Shown: positions 1 through 14,395, numbered from the stretch's first letter. The stretch: 64,000 nt of DNA from a virus (IMGVR_UViG_3300032038_009890:32001-96000), one strand, 5' to 3'. Notes: generated by a model from the letters alone, not told the origin. Program-made: numbers and translations.

Positions 1-1620
1 ATGTCAAATGATACCCGAAATGATAAAATAGCAGATGGTGCGTATGTTGATCGTTCTAACAATGATGAAATTACTCTTGATGATAGAAAAAGAACTGGTT
101 CATACAATAATGTGCCAGAAGGATTTGCGCCACCAGAACCAACTAATAACGCGAATTACAATCAGCCAACTCCCACAATAACTTCACAGCAAGTAAATGG
201 AGGCACAAAAATAACTATCAATCTGCGCGGAAACAGTGGTGGTGACAATACATTAAAAGCTATCGCAGATGTTAATGGATATAATACCAGTCTTAATTCA
301 GTAGCTCCCAAAATTGATAGAAGGTTAATGAATGCCTTTAATGCGGCCGGATTGAAGGTAACAGTTACTGATGATAATTTTGGTGGCGAGGGAGTATTTA
401 GCAGGAAAGATGGTGGTTTGGTTCTTAGATCAGAACATACAAATGATGGTACAGCATATCATGAACTTGGGCATTTCCTTGCTGATATTGCAGGTGTCAC
501 TCGAAGTGATATGAAAGATGTATACGACAAAGAAAGAGAGAAATTCTTTGGAACATTTTATATGTATGCAAACTCTAGTGCATCAGAATTTTTTGGCGAG
601 TCTATGAAACTTTTCACAGAGAACAACGATAGGATGAAGAAAGAGATGCCGCAAACATATGCATTGATTGAAAAGGCATTGAATTCTATCAATGAAGAGA
701 AAATCAAATCTTATAAAGCTAAAGTTGCAGGTGGCTATGCAAGTGGTACATCTCGTGCGTCTAGGGGTGTTCATAAAGTAAATGAGAATGGTCTAGAAAC
801 ATTCGTAACCAAGTCTGGAACCTATATGCCATTTAGTGGTGGCGAGGGTGTAATTCCCGCAAAGGAAACCGCAAGATTAACCTCTCTTGTTGAAATGATT
901 AATTCTTATGCATTCTCGGATGATATTCAAGGAATGTCGCAAGATGTCGAAACTCTTAAGAAGGCCCAGATCATGCAGATAGAACAGCTTAAGATGGGAT
1001 TATAGAATTCTGATATAACGATGGATGAAATCGCTGAAATACAAAGTAGTATAATTGATCTTGAAAAAGCGGTTGATCAAACACTTAAGAATCTGGCGGA
1101 CGCACAAGAACGTCAATACGCCGAAGAGGCACTCGCGCGACATACTAGTCTTATGAATCAGATCGAAAGTGATGCTCGTACTATTAAATATATGAATGCA
1201 ATATTTGTTCCGCTTGAAGTATTATCTGATTATGCGAATTAGGAAAAAGATATTCAATTAAAAGAGCTTGATGTAAACTATCAAATTCTTGGTCAAATCA
1301 CAGAAAGCGTCAAGTAGATACAAGAAATAAATAGTTCTTTTGAGCAAGGGTTATTTAAGCCACAAATGCCTGATATGAGTGGATATTTGATTCCAGAGAC
1401 TTTATCTGACTCTTCTGCTTCAAGCAATAGTGGTGATATATATATTGATTCCTTAATCACCATTAATGGTAAAGTTGATGATTCGGTAGTAGGGGATATT
1501 AAAGATATTGCTCAATAGCTTGTCCAATATAGAAAATTCCAAGAAAACATTACTGCAATAGTGAGTAAGAGGCAAGCACAAGATCGCAAAATGGCGGGAG
1601 AACGGGTGCTTGTTAAGTAA
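1..1620 (+). CDS. Tail tape measure protein, C-terminal part (probably 5'-truncated by the window), with an ATLF-like HExxH zinc peptidase domain; 4 in-frame TAG read as Gln
   Basis: Track ORFs 1..1005 and 1021..1242 are the same frame, broken only by TAG, and the frame runs to TAA at 1618-1620. Motifs: AYHELGHFL...SEFFGE...PQTY, then GYASGT...VNENGLE typical of TMP C-termini. Lies directly before a Dit-like gene. Confidence 0.8.
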
Positions 1621-1628
1621 TAATTATG

Positions 1629-1659
1629 TGGGGGGTCTCTTAGGAGGCTCCCTATTTTT
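1629..1659 (+). terminator. Putative intrinsic terminator
   Basis: GGGGGTCTC-TTAG-GAGGCTCCC hairpin followed by TATTTTT, just after the TMP stop. Confidence 0.55.
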
Positions 1660-1680
1660 AAAGAAAGGGGGAAATAAAAC

Positions 1681-2649
1681 TTGGCATATTTTGAATATAA
1701 CGGAAAGACAACTGATAATATAATCTCAACCCCACTTATATTAGTTGTTCAAGATGGATTAGATGAAATAGTAACTACCAGAAGTAAAATAGAGGGGGAG
1801 AGAACCATATCCCGATATGTGACAAATGAGTATGGCACTATATATGACTCTCTTTCTTTTCAGATAACTTTAATGAAAGACCAATTTAAGCCACCAGCAA
1901 TGACCGAATAGATCACAGAAGATATGACACAAGAACAAATTCAAGAGGTATATAGACGCTATAATGAACGGGTTGATCGATTATACGAGCAATTTTAGGA
2001 TACGTTTACAACTGACGAACAAATTACCATAGAACGGTGGTTACTATCTCCAAAGTATTCGCAAGAATTAATGATGGTGAATTGTGATAATGAATATTAT
2101 TGGTATTTAGGATTGTTTACTAGCGTAGAATGGGATATTGCAAATAATGGATATATGTTCTGCAAAGCCACATTTTAGGTTAATGGTGCTTATCCATTTA
2201 AACATAATTCTTGGGGTTTTTAGAGTGAAAACACTGGTACTGAAACAACTAGCGAACATACTTTGACTTGTGACTCTCATGAAATAGAAGAATATATTTA
2301 TCCTTATATTAGAATTATACCATATGAATCCACTGGTTCGAACGATCAAACAATTACTATTGTAAATTTGACTGATGATGCGAATAGAGTATTTAAAGTA
2401 TAGAATCATGGCACAAATATTATGGAGATCGACTGCAATGGTTGTGGTATTTATCAATCTTATGAAGATGGTGGCAATTATAAGATAACAAAACAATATA
2501 AATTCTCCGAAGTTGGTTTAGGAACAAATAATACAATATACTGGCCTAGGATTGTAAGTGGAAAGAATACCATTAGGATCACAGCAAATGCTAGAATATA
2601 CTTCTTATTTAATACTCCGTTTAAAAAGGCAGGTGGTTGGTTAGCATGA
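1681..2649 (+). CDS. Distal tail (Dit)-like protein; about 5 in-frame TAG
   Basis: TTG start after an AAGGGGG SD. Fragments 1681..1911 and 2422..2649 share a frame. MAYFEYNG start, IERWLLSPK and WPRIVSGKNTIRIT resemble siphophage Dit proteins; ends TGA. Confidence 0.75.
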
Positions 2650-5600
2650 TACCTGAAAACAAACATATTTATTTAGTCTAGCCCGATTTAACCAACAGAT
2701 GTATTTTAAATGGCGTTTAGGTTGAATCAGTGGATTTCCATGCACAAGTAAAAGGATATTCAGAATTATCATTTGTCGTAGATGAATACGTATTGGTTAA
2801 CGGATAGTTAATTAAATCAAGCGGATATGATGATCTGAAGCCTTCAATGTATTTGTATCTTGAAGACATTGGATATTTTATTATGGAAACGCCAGAAATA
2901 GAAAATGATGGTAATAGAGAAACGAAATCTATAGTTGCATATTCTGCTGAAAAGGAATTTGAATATAAGGATTGGCGTGGAATTAAGATTAATTGCGGTA
3001 CAACTGATTCTCTTGAATATTCAAATACAGATGATTCGAATAAGGACGATACGTATTTTCATTATGCAATTGAATATGTTTCTATGCTAGATACTCAACA
3101 TCCAGAATTGTCGTTCCTACACTTAATATTAGACAAGGTTTCTTCTAAATGGAATATTCAATATGTTTCACCTAAACTAACTGCACATACTGTGGAAAGC
3201 ATTGAAAATTCACCTACTTTTGAATTAAGAAATGATGATACTGCAACAACGTAGATGAAACTTGCCGAGATTCGCTCCATTATCTATAACAACATACGCA
3301 CACATCGTGCAGAAGCGTTTCGAGTTATAGATGGTTATGATACTGGTGTGTTTGGAAATATTGATTTAAATAATCGACAGAAGATTATATGGACCTAGCA
3401 GAATCTTAATAAATATCCTTATGCGGCTTCATAGGCGAATGCTGAGCTAGGAATGGTTTCTACTGTTTGTGGATCGTGGCAAAACTATAGAAATTATGGG
3501 ATTTCAGTCGCTTTCTCTCCTCTTCTTTAGATAGAAAATGAATCCGAACCTGTATTACTAGAAAAAGCAAACGTATTTACTTATTTAGATCGATTAGTTG
3601 AAGAAGCTAGAAATCTTAATGAAGATGTTCTTTCAAATATCTTAGAACTTGATGTAAAAGGATTTCCTGATATAACAGATCAATTTGGTCATGTTATAAA
3701 GCAATTAATTGCCGGGGTTTCTGCAGACATTACGGCTGGTAATAGTGCAGACATTATAGCATCTGTAATGCATTATCGTGAAACAAGTGAAGATGATGTC
3801 GCGCTAAATGATTATATTTATCCATATATCTTAAATTGTTTTTCTTAGGAAAATATTGGGTATACTGATTATTCAAAACTTCCTGCAATTGATGTAGATA
3901 ATGAAAACCTTTATGCTATTATGACCAGCGAAGTTGCGCCAAGAATGTCGTGTATCTTTGTTTTTGACTATCTCAATTTTGGTATTCGCGTTTATTACAA
4001 AGACGAATTAGATTTTGATACTGGTATATTTGTAGGATTTCATAATCTTGAAAATAATTTGAGTGTGTCAGTAGATACGGATTCTATATTTACTAGATTT
4101 ACTGTAGAAGGGGATGGAGGATTAGAATTCCGAGATTATAACTACGGTGATAATACAATTATAAATTTAGATTATTTCTTAAATGAGCCGTATATGGAAG
4201 AATCTACAGTAAATAAAATTGAATCATGGTTACGAATGCGGGATACATATCGAACTGATTATACAAATCTTGCTTTGAAATATGACAGTCTATTAGAAAA
4301 GAGAGATGAACGCCAAACAAGGGAACCTTCAGACGCTTCTTACTGGACCACTTGGGATAATATGAATGTGGACTAGTTAGATAAATATTTAAAATATTTT
4401 GAAGATGAATTAACTTTGTTGCAGTAGTCCGTTGATGATAGAGACCCAAGTGAATGGTATGATACAGATGGCAATTATATTCCTATTACAAAAAATGGCG
4501 AGGTTGATCACGAGTTATATAAGAATAGATTATATCTGCGAGTAAATAGGTATGGTGGTTATTATACATATTGTGAAATCATTGAATATATTATTCCATA
4601 TATAAAATTAGCAAAGAAGAATGCTTATGTTATAGATGATGAAAAGCTTAAACCAGATACAGAAATAAATGAAAATTGGGAAATGTATGGACTATACTGG
4701 CTAGAAGGGACTCCAGAAGGAACCAAGGGATTTCTTGAGTAGTATCAACAAGAGATGGAAACACTCAGTAAATATTCAAAAAGTTGGACGGAAATGTCTC
4801 TTGATGAGAAAAAGGAAGCGGGACTAAACAATATAATCGATATAACTGCCCCATTAGCCGATCAGATAGCGCAATACGAAGAAATTCCGGAGCGTAAGAA
4901 ATATGTTCACTTAAAAGAGCAGGTCGGCGACGAGGATACTCCCGGCACGATTGTCTATCAGATCAAAAAACTTACAGAAGAGATAAAGGAAATTAATCAA
5001 CAATTAGATGAATTATTAGAACATACAAATGAATATGCAACACTGATGAGATATAATGTCACAGAAGATGAACTCGATGCTCTTTATATTCTTCCTTCTA
5101 TATTAATATAGGAGAGGAAATAGCAACTGCTAAACGAAACAGAGTTATTGGCATTTGAGACATTAATTAAAGATACAGATTATCAGAATTCAAATATTGT
5201 TTATACTAGTATTATGTCTATATCTGATAAGTTTTATCAAGAAAAATATCTATATGATGATGCGACAGACAAATTATCAGAAGTTTCACAACCACAATAT
5301 TAGTTTTCTGTGCAATTAGATAACTTTTTCAGATTACCTGATTATGCAATGTGGGTCGAAGAATTTCTTCCAGATGCATATGACCCTGTGCCGATTGGCC
5401 TTCTTAAGTTTATCCGTGTCGAAGTGCGCAGAGATTATAATGTAAAGCTTCGCGTTATAGGATATAGGTGGAACCCGTGCGAGGTAACACCAGAACTTAC
5501 TTTGGAATTTAGTAATTTCATAGTTGGTAGGTCTGGGCGTAGTGACCTGACAGAACTTTTAGAACTATCGAATTATCGTGGCTCAAAGAATAGTATCAAG

Positions 5601-7127
5601 ATAGGTAATGGTGGCACATAGAGCGAAGAAGAATATGTCATGGCCTTAATGGATATTCTTAAAGGTAATAGCCTGTTTCAGCGGACAGTCGCGAACATCG
5701 CAGGAGGAGTTACAGGCGGAACGAATGTCGAAATCGTAAGATCAATTATTGGAGATTATCTTGGTAATTATACTATTCAAACAGGCGGAACAGCTTCGTT
5801 AGATGATGTAACAGATGAAGAACTAGCAGGAAGAATCGCAGATTTTGAGAAGGGCTATTTTGATCAGATCGTTGCAAATTATATAACTACTCAGGATATC
5901 CATGCAGAGTCTGGTTCATTCAAAGACTTATCTGCTATGATTATCTAGGCACAGAAAGGATATTTTGATAGTCTTACAGCTAAGAGCGTGACAGCAGACG
6001 CAGTAAGGACTGTTCTACTTGAGGCAACTAAAGCTGAGATTGAAACATTGGTCAGTGATGACATTATAGCAAATACTCTTAATACTTTTGCGTCAAATGC
6101 TGTAACAAGCACGGTGAATACGCAATTCGTAAAAGACTTAATCGCGGGACAAATCTCTGTCGGTGATCTTGCGGCAGGTGATATTATTATTTCAGAGAAT
6201 CTCAGGATTATCTCTGATAATGGACGGATGATAATGGACGGAACCGCCCTTCAAATCATGGGCAAAACAGCATCTGGAGAAGAATATACAGGAATATAGC
6301 TTGGATATGATACGAATAATAACCCAAGCTTGATAATTAGGAACGAAAACAATGCTGTTATTCTTGACCCGAATGGAATTACAGAGAATGCAATCGCAGA
6401 TCAGCTTATTAGGAACAGTATGATAAAGGACGGAACATTGGGAAAAGAGAAACTAGGGTTTACGATTATTGAGCCAAATGACCAAGGCGGCATTGATATT
6501 ACTCAATTATATGATGGAGAAGGAAATTTATGGGGTCAGTAGTACGCGTCTTTTAAGAATGAAGTGACCCAGTTTATTGAAGATATGGCGTATGTTGGCG
6601 CGTCTGTTGAGCTTCACGGTCAGCAAGTGTTTGTTGAAAGAGAGGGGACGATTTCGCCAGATAATATTACTCTTAAGGCGGAAGTAAAACATGCAACGAT
6701 AGACAAGTGGTTTATAGATGATGTAGAAGATACGATTCATTTGAATGCTTCTAAAGATTAGATTACTATCCCCTCTTCTCTGATTGATGGCAAGAAAACT
6801 CTTACTGTTAGAGTGCAATGTGCAGAGAACAATGTGTATGACATTATGACTCTTTACAGAGTGAGCGATGGAGAATCCACGTATACAATTATTTTATCAT
6901 CATCTAAAGGAGAGTTATTCAAAGAAGATGATACAACTTCAGTAACTTGTACGGTTTATTATGGTTCCAATATTGTCACGGCAAAGAAGTATTATTGGAC
7001 AATAACTGTTACAAATGGTGATGAAGAAATTATTCACACAGAAGAAACAACTACGAACGTTCTTGAAAACATCCCAATCAATTCACAAAACCTAATTGTA
7101 AATGTGCAATGTGATGTGGAAATCTAA
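2646..7127 (+). CDS. Large tail/baseplate hub-spike (Tal-like) protein, about 1493 aa; about 19 in-frame TAG
   Basis: ATGA overlap with the Dit stop. Nine track fragments (2847, 3921, 4755, 5310, 5640, 5988, 6330, 6564, 6813) share one frame; all end in TAG except the last (TAA 7125-7127). Canonical TMP-Dit-Tal order. Confidence 0.8.
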
Positions 7128-7139
7128 GGAGGTGATATA

Positions 7140-8228
7140 TTGCGTATTAGTTCAACACCGCTAACATTGGCGCGAATTAACGATGGTTAGCAAGGTATTC
7201 CGGGCGAAAATTCCTATATATGGATAAAATTTGCCACATAGGATGATTATTCAGATATTACGGATAACCCAACAAACGCCATATATATGGGTACTGCATA
7301 CGGAAAATCAGAGGAACAAGAGTCAAATAATCCGAATGATTACAAATGGGTAAAAATTCGGGGAGATGACGGAGAACCATCTTACACTGTAATCTTGGAT
7401 AATGAAAACGTAACATTTGTTACGGACGAAGGAAATATGCCGATTGAGGATTAGGCCTACCCTCTTAACTTTATAATTTTTAAAGGCACTGAACAAATAA
7501 CAGATTATAAGATATTATATAACAAAATTACTGTTCCGGATGGATTGTTTTTAAAAGAGCAGAGCGAAGAAGGATAGATGACTGTCTATTGCACACTCGG
7601 CACTCGTATATTAAATAACTACGGTACTATTGAAATACCGCTACTTTTGTTTGATACTATCCCAATAACTAAGGTATTTTCTTATACGATTAGCAGATCA
7701 TCTGAAGTAGTCAAATATACTTGGTTTAAATATTCTAAGTATAATAATCCATCTAAAGAAGAGATGTTTGATGAAACATCGCCAGAGATGCAATATATTG
7801 GTGTTGCTTATAATAAGGACATTTTCACACCTTCTGATGATCCCGATGACTACGAATGGCTCCCAATGAACAACAAGGGAGATTATGGTGTAAAGGTTGA
7901 TATACTTTATTATATGTCTTTATATAATACTGTAGACAATATTCCATTACCACAAGATGAGTATGAACTACTTAATGTTCAATCAGGCGTAGTCTCTGTT
8001 CTTTAGGGAAACATTGCATTTGGTCATATTGGATGGAGTACGACAAAACCAGAACAAGAAGATGGATATTATTTGTGGTGTGCTATTTGTGTAACTATGA
8101 ATGATGGTCAATATTACTTATTTGGTTAGCCGGTTCTTCTTAATGAGTGGCAACAGCGCAAAATTGGCGGAACACAATTAATTAGGAATTCTAAGACATT
8201 GATAGATTCTAGAATCTATTGGTTTTAA
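7140..8228 (+). CDS. Minor tail/fibre protein; about 6 in-frame TAG
   Basis: GGAGGTG SD plus TTG start. NDG(TAG)QGIPGENSYIWIKFA, YMGTAYGK...NPNDYKW (motif repeated at YIGVAYNK...DPDDYEW) and WSTTKPEQEDGYYLW are typical Firmicutes phage tail-fibre motifs; ends TAA. Confidence 0.75.
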
Positions 8229-8257
8229 ATTATTTATGAGAAAAAGGAGAATTAATT

Positions 8258-8662
8258 ATGAAAGCAACTATATCTTATTATGTAGCAATTAGTCTGTTAA
8301 ACGAATTAAATAAGTATTCATTCATTACTGGTAAACTTGGGTTTGCCATTTCAAGGACCAAGAATGTATTAAGGAACGAAGTCTAGATTTTTAATGAAGA
8401 AAGAAATAAATTATTGCAGAAATACGGTAAACTAGACGAAAACGGTAATTATTTTGTTGACGAAAAAGATGAAAACTTTGCTGCATTTAATGATGAAATT
8501 ATTCCTCTTGTAGAAACAAAATTTGAAATGAATATATATCAGGTTACGCAAGAAGAATTTGATAAAGCAGATATTTATAATGAGTCGTTGTCTGTCGAGG
8601 ATTATGATAGATTACAGGCTTTATTTATAGAACGAGTAGTAAAATAGGAAGAGACGGTCTAA
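8258..8662 (+). CDS. Phage tail-region protein (DUF1617-like); 2 TAG
   Basis: AAGGAG SD, ATG at 8258 in frame with 8414..8647; ERNKLLQKYG motif; TAA at 8660-8662. Confidence 0.6.
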
Positions 8663-8693
8663 GTCAGTTGCCTAAAAGTGAGGTGAGTTGACA

Positions 8694-8903
8694 ATGGCAG
8701 AAATTTTTAATCCGCAAAATGCGAATCAGCTTTCATAGCTAACTGAGATAGATAACACCAAAAGTTTTATCGTTGTAGACAAAGCAGATAACAAAGGATA
8801 TCTTTTGGATTATAACAAATTAGCTGATGTGCTGTTTAGTAAATTATTTAGCAACACAATGCAAGAAGATTCTTTAAAATTTTATTTTATAGAAGACGAG
8901 TGA
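8694..8903 (+). CDS. Hypothetical protein, 69 aa, 1 TAG (absent from the ORF track)
   Basis: GAGGTG SD; MAEIFNPQNANQLS(TAG)LTEID...FIEDE-TGA fills the intergenic gap. Confidence 0.6.
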
Positions 8904-8925
8904 TTATGAAGGGAGGTGAATTTTA

Positions 8926-11900
8926 TTGGCGAATAAAATAACATCAGAGACAGTGCTGAATCCTTCTGGTGTTTTTGATATTAGTTCGTGCATAGTCACC
9001 GAAACTAAGAGTGATCTAATTATTTCTGACTGTATGTCTTAGATTACTAAATATGTATTTTAGTTCTGGATCAGATCTGAGAACTATAATTATAATATAA
9101 TTTTTAATTGTGACACAACATCCAAAGTAATTGCCGTCACACCAGAGTGGCAATACTTTTTCATAGTATTTGACGTAGAGAATATATCAAATATTATTCT
9201 GACATTTCCAAAAGGAAAGTTTTATGTCTATAACACTAAGCTAGAAATAGGTTCCTAGCCTACTGATTGGTCCCCGCATCCAGAAGACGGAAACTAGTTA
9301 TACAGAGAATTAAATGGAAAAGTTGAGCAAATGCTCATACAAAACACGTCTACTATTGATAGAATGACGAATCTTGTTGATAAAGTAAATATGACAATCG
9401 AGAATTCCATGTCTAGAACGGAGTACCAGACTTCGATCAATGGCATCTTATCTTCAATTGATGAAGACATGGAGAATCTAAAAGATGGAGAAAATAAATG
9501 GTATGTTACCATATATAATAAAGCCGACTTCAATAAGTTGACAAAACTACCAGATGAAGAGACTGACTGGAGTGATATTGATAATCCTAATCAATCTGAT
9601 GACGAGCCAGATGATCCATCTCCCACAGAAGAACCAGATGATATAGATACTTTGGAAGCCGATGATCGTGATAGATATGACATGAAGATATTTATGCTAG
9701 AAAATGGCGATCTTAATCCTGTAGATGAATATGCAGTTGATGATAATAACATTGCCATGCGTATAGACGGCAAAGGTAGAGTAATATATTATTACACGTT
9801 CGTAAAGTTCGGCAAAGATTATAAGGCAACTTTGAGTTGTTCTTTCAGGAAAGCTACTTGTTATCTAAATGGAACGCAACTTATCAGTGAAAGCATTATA
9901 GACACGATGGATGTTATATTTGATTTCAAAGCTGGCTGGAATTTAATAGAGATTATATCTAATGAAGGTAATTTCTCGTTCAAAAACCCTATATCTAAAA
10001 TGGCCGAATGTCTGCGGATGAATTACGCAGTTGCTGTACCTACTAGCAGAAACGTAAAGATGCAGGTAAAAGGATCTGGTATATATCAGAACCTAGATAG
10101 GATATTATCAGAAGTATATAAATACGAAATAGAATACTATACTGATTCTAATGGATAGCGTAAATCTCGTAAAGTAATGAAACAAAGTCGTATTAAATAG
10201 ACGGCTGATATGATTCAACTTTTGGTTAAGGATATTTTTGGTAATTACTCCGAGTTTACACTTACTCCACAGTTTATTCAAGCCATCACACAGCAATTTA
10301 TTGTGACAGATCCGATAACTGGAGAAAGAGTAATTATCTAGAATGGATAGATTTAGGCAAACAGTATAGATTCTACCCTATTATCTACTGATGCTATCAG
10401 GTCAAGAAACTTTGATGGTGGTGTAGTAAAACAACGAGAAGCAATAGATCCAGATACTGGTGAAACTGTTATGGAGGATTATATAGATCTAGATGATATT
10501 GATTTTGATCCAGAAAAAAATAGAATCTTTCCTGCTCATGGTACTTTTTTAGACTTGGCAAATGGGAACTACTATTCTCCAAGTCTTGTCGTGATAAACG
10601 AATACAAAAAGCAAGTTGAAGACGAAGAAGCTACTGGTGGCGTGAGAGTTATAGATGTGACAAATAAAGCCTACTTTAAAGGAGACGTCTACGCAGATAC
10701 TTTTACCACTAACTCTGGTAACATTGGGCCTTGGCATATAACTGATACTGCGCTTTATAGAGGTATCGATGCTCTTGGACAAAGAGATATTACTTCTCAG
10801 GATCGTTCCTATAATGCTTATATGGGAGACCTAGGATTTTCGATAAGTGATGCTATTGTCTATGATGCAAATACGAATTCTTTGACGCTTAGGCCAAACT
10901 CGTTAGAACTAAGCGCTCCAGATGTTTAGGCTATAACTTTCTAGGCAGTCAACGGGAATACTATATATTATCGTTAGAGTGGCGTTCCTGTTGCGGGAAA
11001 TAATCCAAATGAACCCGCGATGTACTGGAATGAGGGCGAATACTCCTCTCATCTGGATGAATTGTGCTATAGAATTGATACTGGTGAGTTATATCGCTTT
11101 GAGAAACTAAAGAATTCTCAAGGTAATTCGGTATTATATGTGATCAATTTTAATTCAAACAGTAAGCTTCGCGTTGGTTCATCTTCTCCCATTGATTACG
11201 TAGAAATATATTATGTTTATAATAAAAAGACATATAGAGTCGCAACACGTCTTGCTTCTCAAAATAGTTTTTAGAATGCGCCAATCATTATTCCTACTGA
11301 TGATTTTTATGTATATCTTCACATCGAGGATTATGCTTCATCTGGTCTAATAGATTACTATGGTTTTAAAATTGATTCAGTTACTACGACAACAGGAACA
11401 GCAACAGCGACGGTTTCGATTGTGGATTCTGAAAAGCGTTAGACAATCAACACAGAAGATGCAGAGCATTCTGGTAATGTTACATTGGCAATTAATTCTA
11501 ATCTTCCTTATTGTTCTATGGAGAGACTAGAAACCGGAATATTCCCGTAGACAACGCACCCATATGCACAGAAGTCGTTTGATAAGGTATGGCATGTTAA
11601 ATCAGGAATTAGTAGCTTAGAATCTTATCAGTGGGTAAAGATAGAGAATGCTGAGCTAATTGAAGCGGCGGCAAATGCAAGAAAAGCTTTAAGTTTTATG
11701 CATTACGATGCAACGAATGGGCTTATTTTTCATAATGGGGTTGCAAAGAATATGCCTAATGATACATGGACAGTCAATGATTTGCAGAAACTAGACGGTG
11801 GGAATGCACGACTTACTACTTCTGGAATGGATATATATAATGGCAATACACTTCTTGCACATTATGGAAATACAACAGAATTCTATAAATATACGAATGG

Positions 11901-14184
11901 GAACAAATATACTGCCGCAACGCTTGGAGCCAATGGTTTTTCTATTTATGACGGTACTATTTCACTTGGTACTTTAACATCTCTTAACTTTGGTAATACT
12001 AATCAAAAAGGTTTATATATTAATAACAATGGGTTATTTACTGTTGGCAATAAGTAGTCATACATTAAGTATGATGGAGAAAATATTATTATTAATGCCA
12101 GTAGTATTTCTTTTGGTGACGATAGTCAAGAGATTATGACGGTTATAAATGATTTACAATCTCAAGTTGATGACAATTCTGTATCTTTGGATCATAATAT
12201 GCGCTTCCATGGAAATGGTGTTCCTACTAATTCGAATTATCCAGAAGAAGATTGGCAAACTGGAGCAGATAAAGATAAATATGTCGGAAGCCTATACTAT
12301 GATTTGTTAACAGGAAAGAAATATTATTATCTAAAGACTGATAATTTATAGCTTAATTTTACGTTATCAGTTCAAGAAGGTAATATTTCTGGTGACTATA
12401 TTGGAATATTTTATGATTTGGATGGTGTTACATATTCAAAAAGAATAAACGTTTCCGATATTGCGAATTCGGATAAAAGTGCTATCGTTGGTTCCACTAG
12501 ATTTAAGGTTGTATATTATTCATCTTATTCGACTACTTCCTCGCATAAGTGTACAATCATGATGCGGGAAGAAAAAACAAAAAATAATGCTTTTGAAACT
12601 ACCGATTTAGAATTTCCAAGTGATGTTATATTTGATGGACAATCAAATTATACAATAGCTTTAAGCGGATCATATCTAAACAATGATTTGAACGGTAATA
12701 CTAGATATCGTATTTATGATACAATTGATGATGATATTTATGAATGGATAGAGCTATAGGATGAGGATATTGCAACTGCGAATACGAATGCTACAAATGC
12801 GCTAAATTTAGCTAATCAAGTTGATGCTAATAATTATTTCTTTATGTCTACTTATGGTCTTGCAGTTACTCCAGTACGCATTAGGAACGTAAATCAATTA
12901 AACGAACTGTTGGCCCCTTACGTAAATCTGACCAATAGTGCGTTGTAGATTATTTAGGACGGTCATATGATCGCTTCGTATGGAGAAACCACTACTTTTT
13001 ATAACTCTAGCGGAACTGTGTCTGCGACGTTGGGTAGTAATGGGTTTAGTATAAGTAATGGGAATGCCGGTGGTATACATATTATTAATGATAGAATATA
13101 TTCTGGTAGTCATTTGAATATAAATGATACTGCCAATGGATTCTGCTTTTTGGACGATGGGTCAATTAGCATTGGTAATTCAAGTAATTATATAAAGTTT
13201 GTAAATGGAAATCTTTCTATATCGATAGGTAATTAGGATATAAATGCTGTGCTTTCTGAGGCTTCGAATGCAGGTAAAACGGCTACTAATTATCTATTTG
13301 AAAGTAATGGATTGATTGTCGCACCTAATGCAAATTATTCATCTTCTTCTTATTTACATATAGGTTCCAGTAGTATTGATATATATTCTAATGGTAATAA
13401 AGCTGTTACATATGGAACGAATATTTAGTTCTTTTCCAAAGGAAGCATTGACTTCTTAGAGTATTATCCAGATTTAAACGTTTCCGAGGAGCTATTATGG
13501 ATAGATTCTAATGGTATAAACTTTGCAAATAATTATAACATAAATATAGATGGAATCTATTACGGGAATGATTTAATATTAAATAGGCTTACATCTACTG
13601 TTACATGTAGGTCTGTTAGCATGTATTTAAATACAACCAATACGTCAGAGGTATTATCTCTTTCTGCATCAAACGGGCTTTCCTATACCAATGGTGCATA
13701 TTATAGAATGACTGGATTTCATCTATCAAATTCATTATATGGAAATGGAACGTCAGGAGAATTAAGTTGTACCACTTTATATGCCGATAATATTTATTAT
13801 AACAATGTGGTTGAAAAGTTAGAAGGAGAAGATCTTTCTGATGAACGTTTTAAAAATATAGTAAACTATGATAATGATAAATACAAACAATTATTCATGT
13901 CTATAAATCCTATTGAATTTACATGGATTGATTCTCATGATGAAGATATACATATTGGTGTTGGCGCACAAACCATATTATATAGTTTGAATAAATTGCA
14001 AATTGAGAATTCATCTTTTGTTAAGTATTCTGGCGTCATTGATAGGTATAGTGTTAATTATAAGGAATTAATGTTCATGTCTATTCCAATAGTACAAGAA
14101 CATGAATTAGAAATATAGTCTCTTAAATCAGAAATCGAGTCACTTAAAGGTGAAATCAAACGCCTAAGAGAGAAGGTGAAATAA
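8926..14184 (+). CDS. Long tail fibre/receptor-binding protein, about 1752 aa, with C-terminal intramolecular chaperone (peptidase S74); about 23 in-frame TAG
   Basis: GGAGGTG SD plus TTG. Eight track fragments (9331 to 13621) share a frame and each ends in TAG. KLEIGS(TAG)PTDWSPHPED motif; LSDERFKNIV S74 autocleavage signature; terminal coiled coil EI(TAG)SLKSEIESLK; TAA 14182-14184. Confidence 0.85.
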
Positions 14185-14381
14185 TGAACTGGACAAGAAT
14201 TAAGAATGATACTCCCCTACTCTTTTCTTTGGGCGATGACGCTGATGTGATTGGTGTGTTGTAGCATACCTATGGCGTGAAGATTTTGGAGGATTGTGGC
14301 GAGTTGTATTATGTATTCTCGCCGGATTTTAATAGGAATGGATATGTTTTAAAAGAAGATGTGATAGAAACACATTTGTGA
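14184..14381 (+). CDS. Small SH3b-like protein, 65 aa, 1 TAG
   Basis: TAATG coupling to the fibre gene; VIGVL(TAG)HTYGVKILEDCGELYYV...GYVLKEDV resembles an SH3b fold. Confidence 0.5.
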
Positions 14382-14395
14382 ATATAGGGAGAATT

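Noticed and set aside
8926-14184. Diversity-generating retroelement targeting the tail fibre
   Set aside because: No reverse transcriptase and no near-identical template/variable repeat pair seen; the fibre ends in an S74 chaperone.
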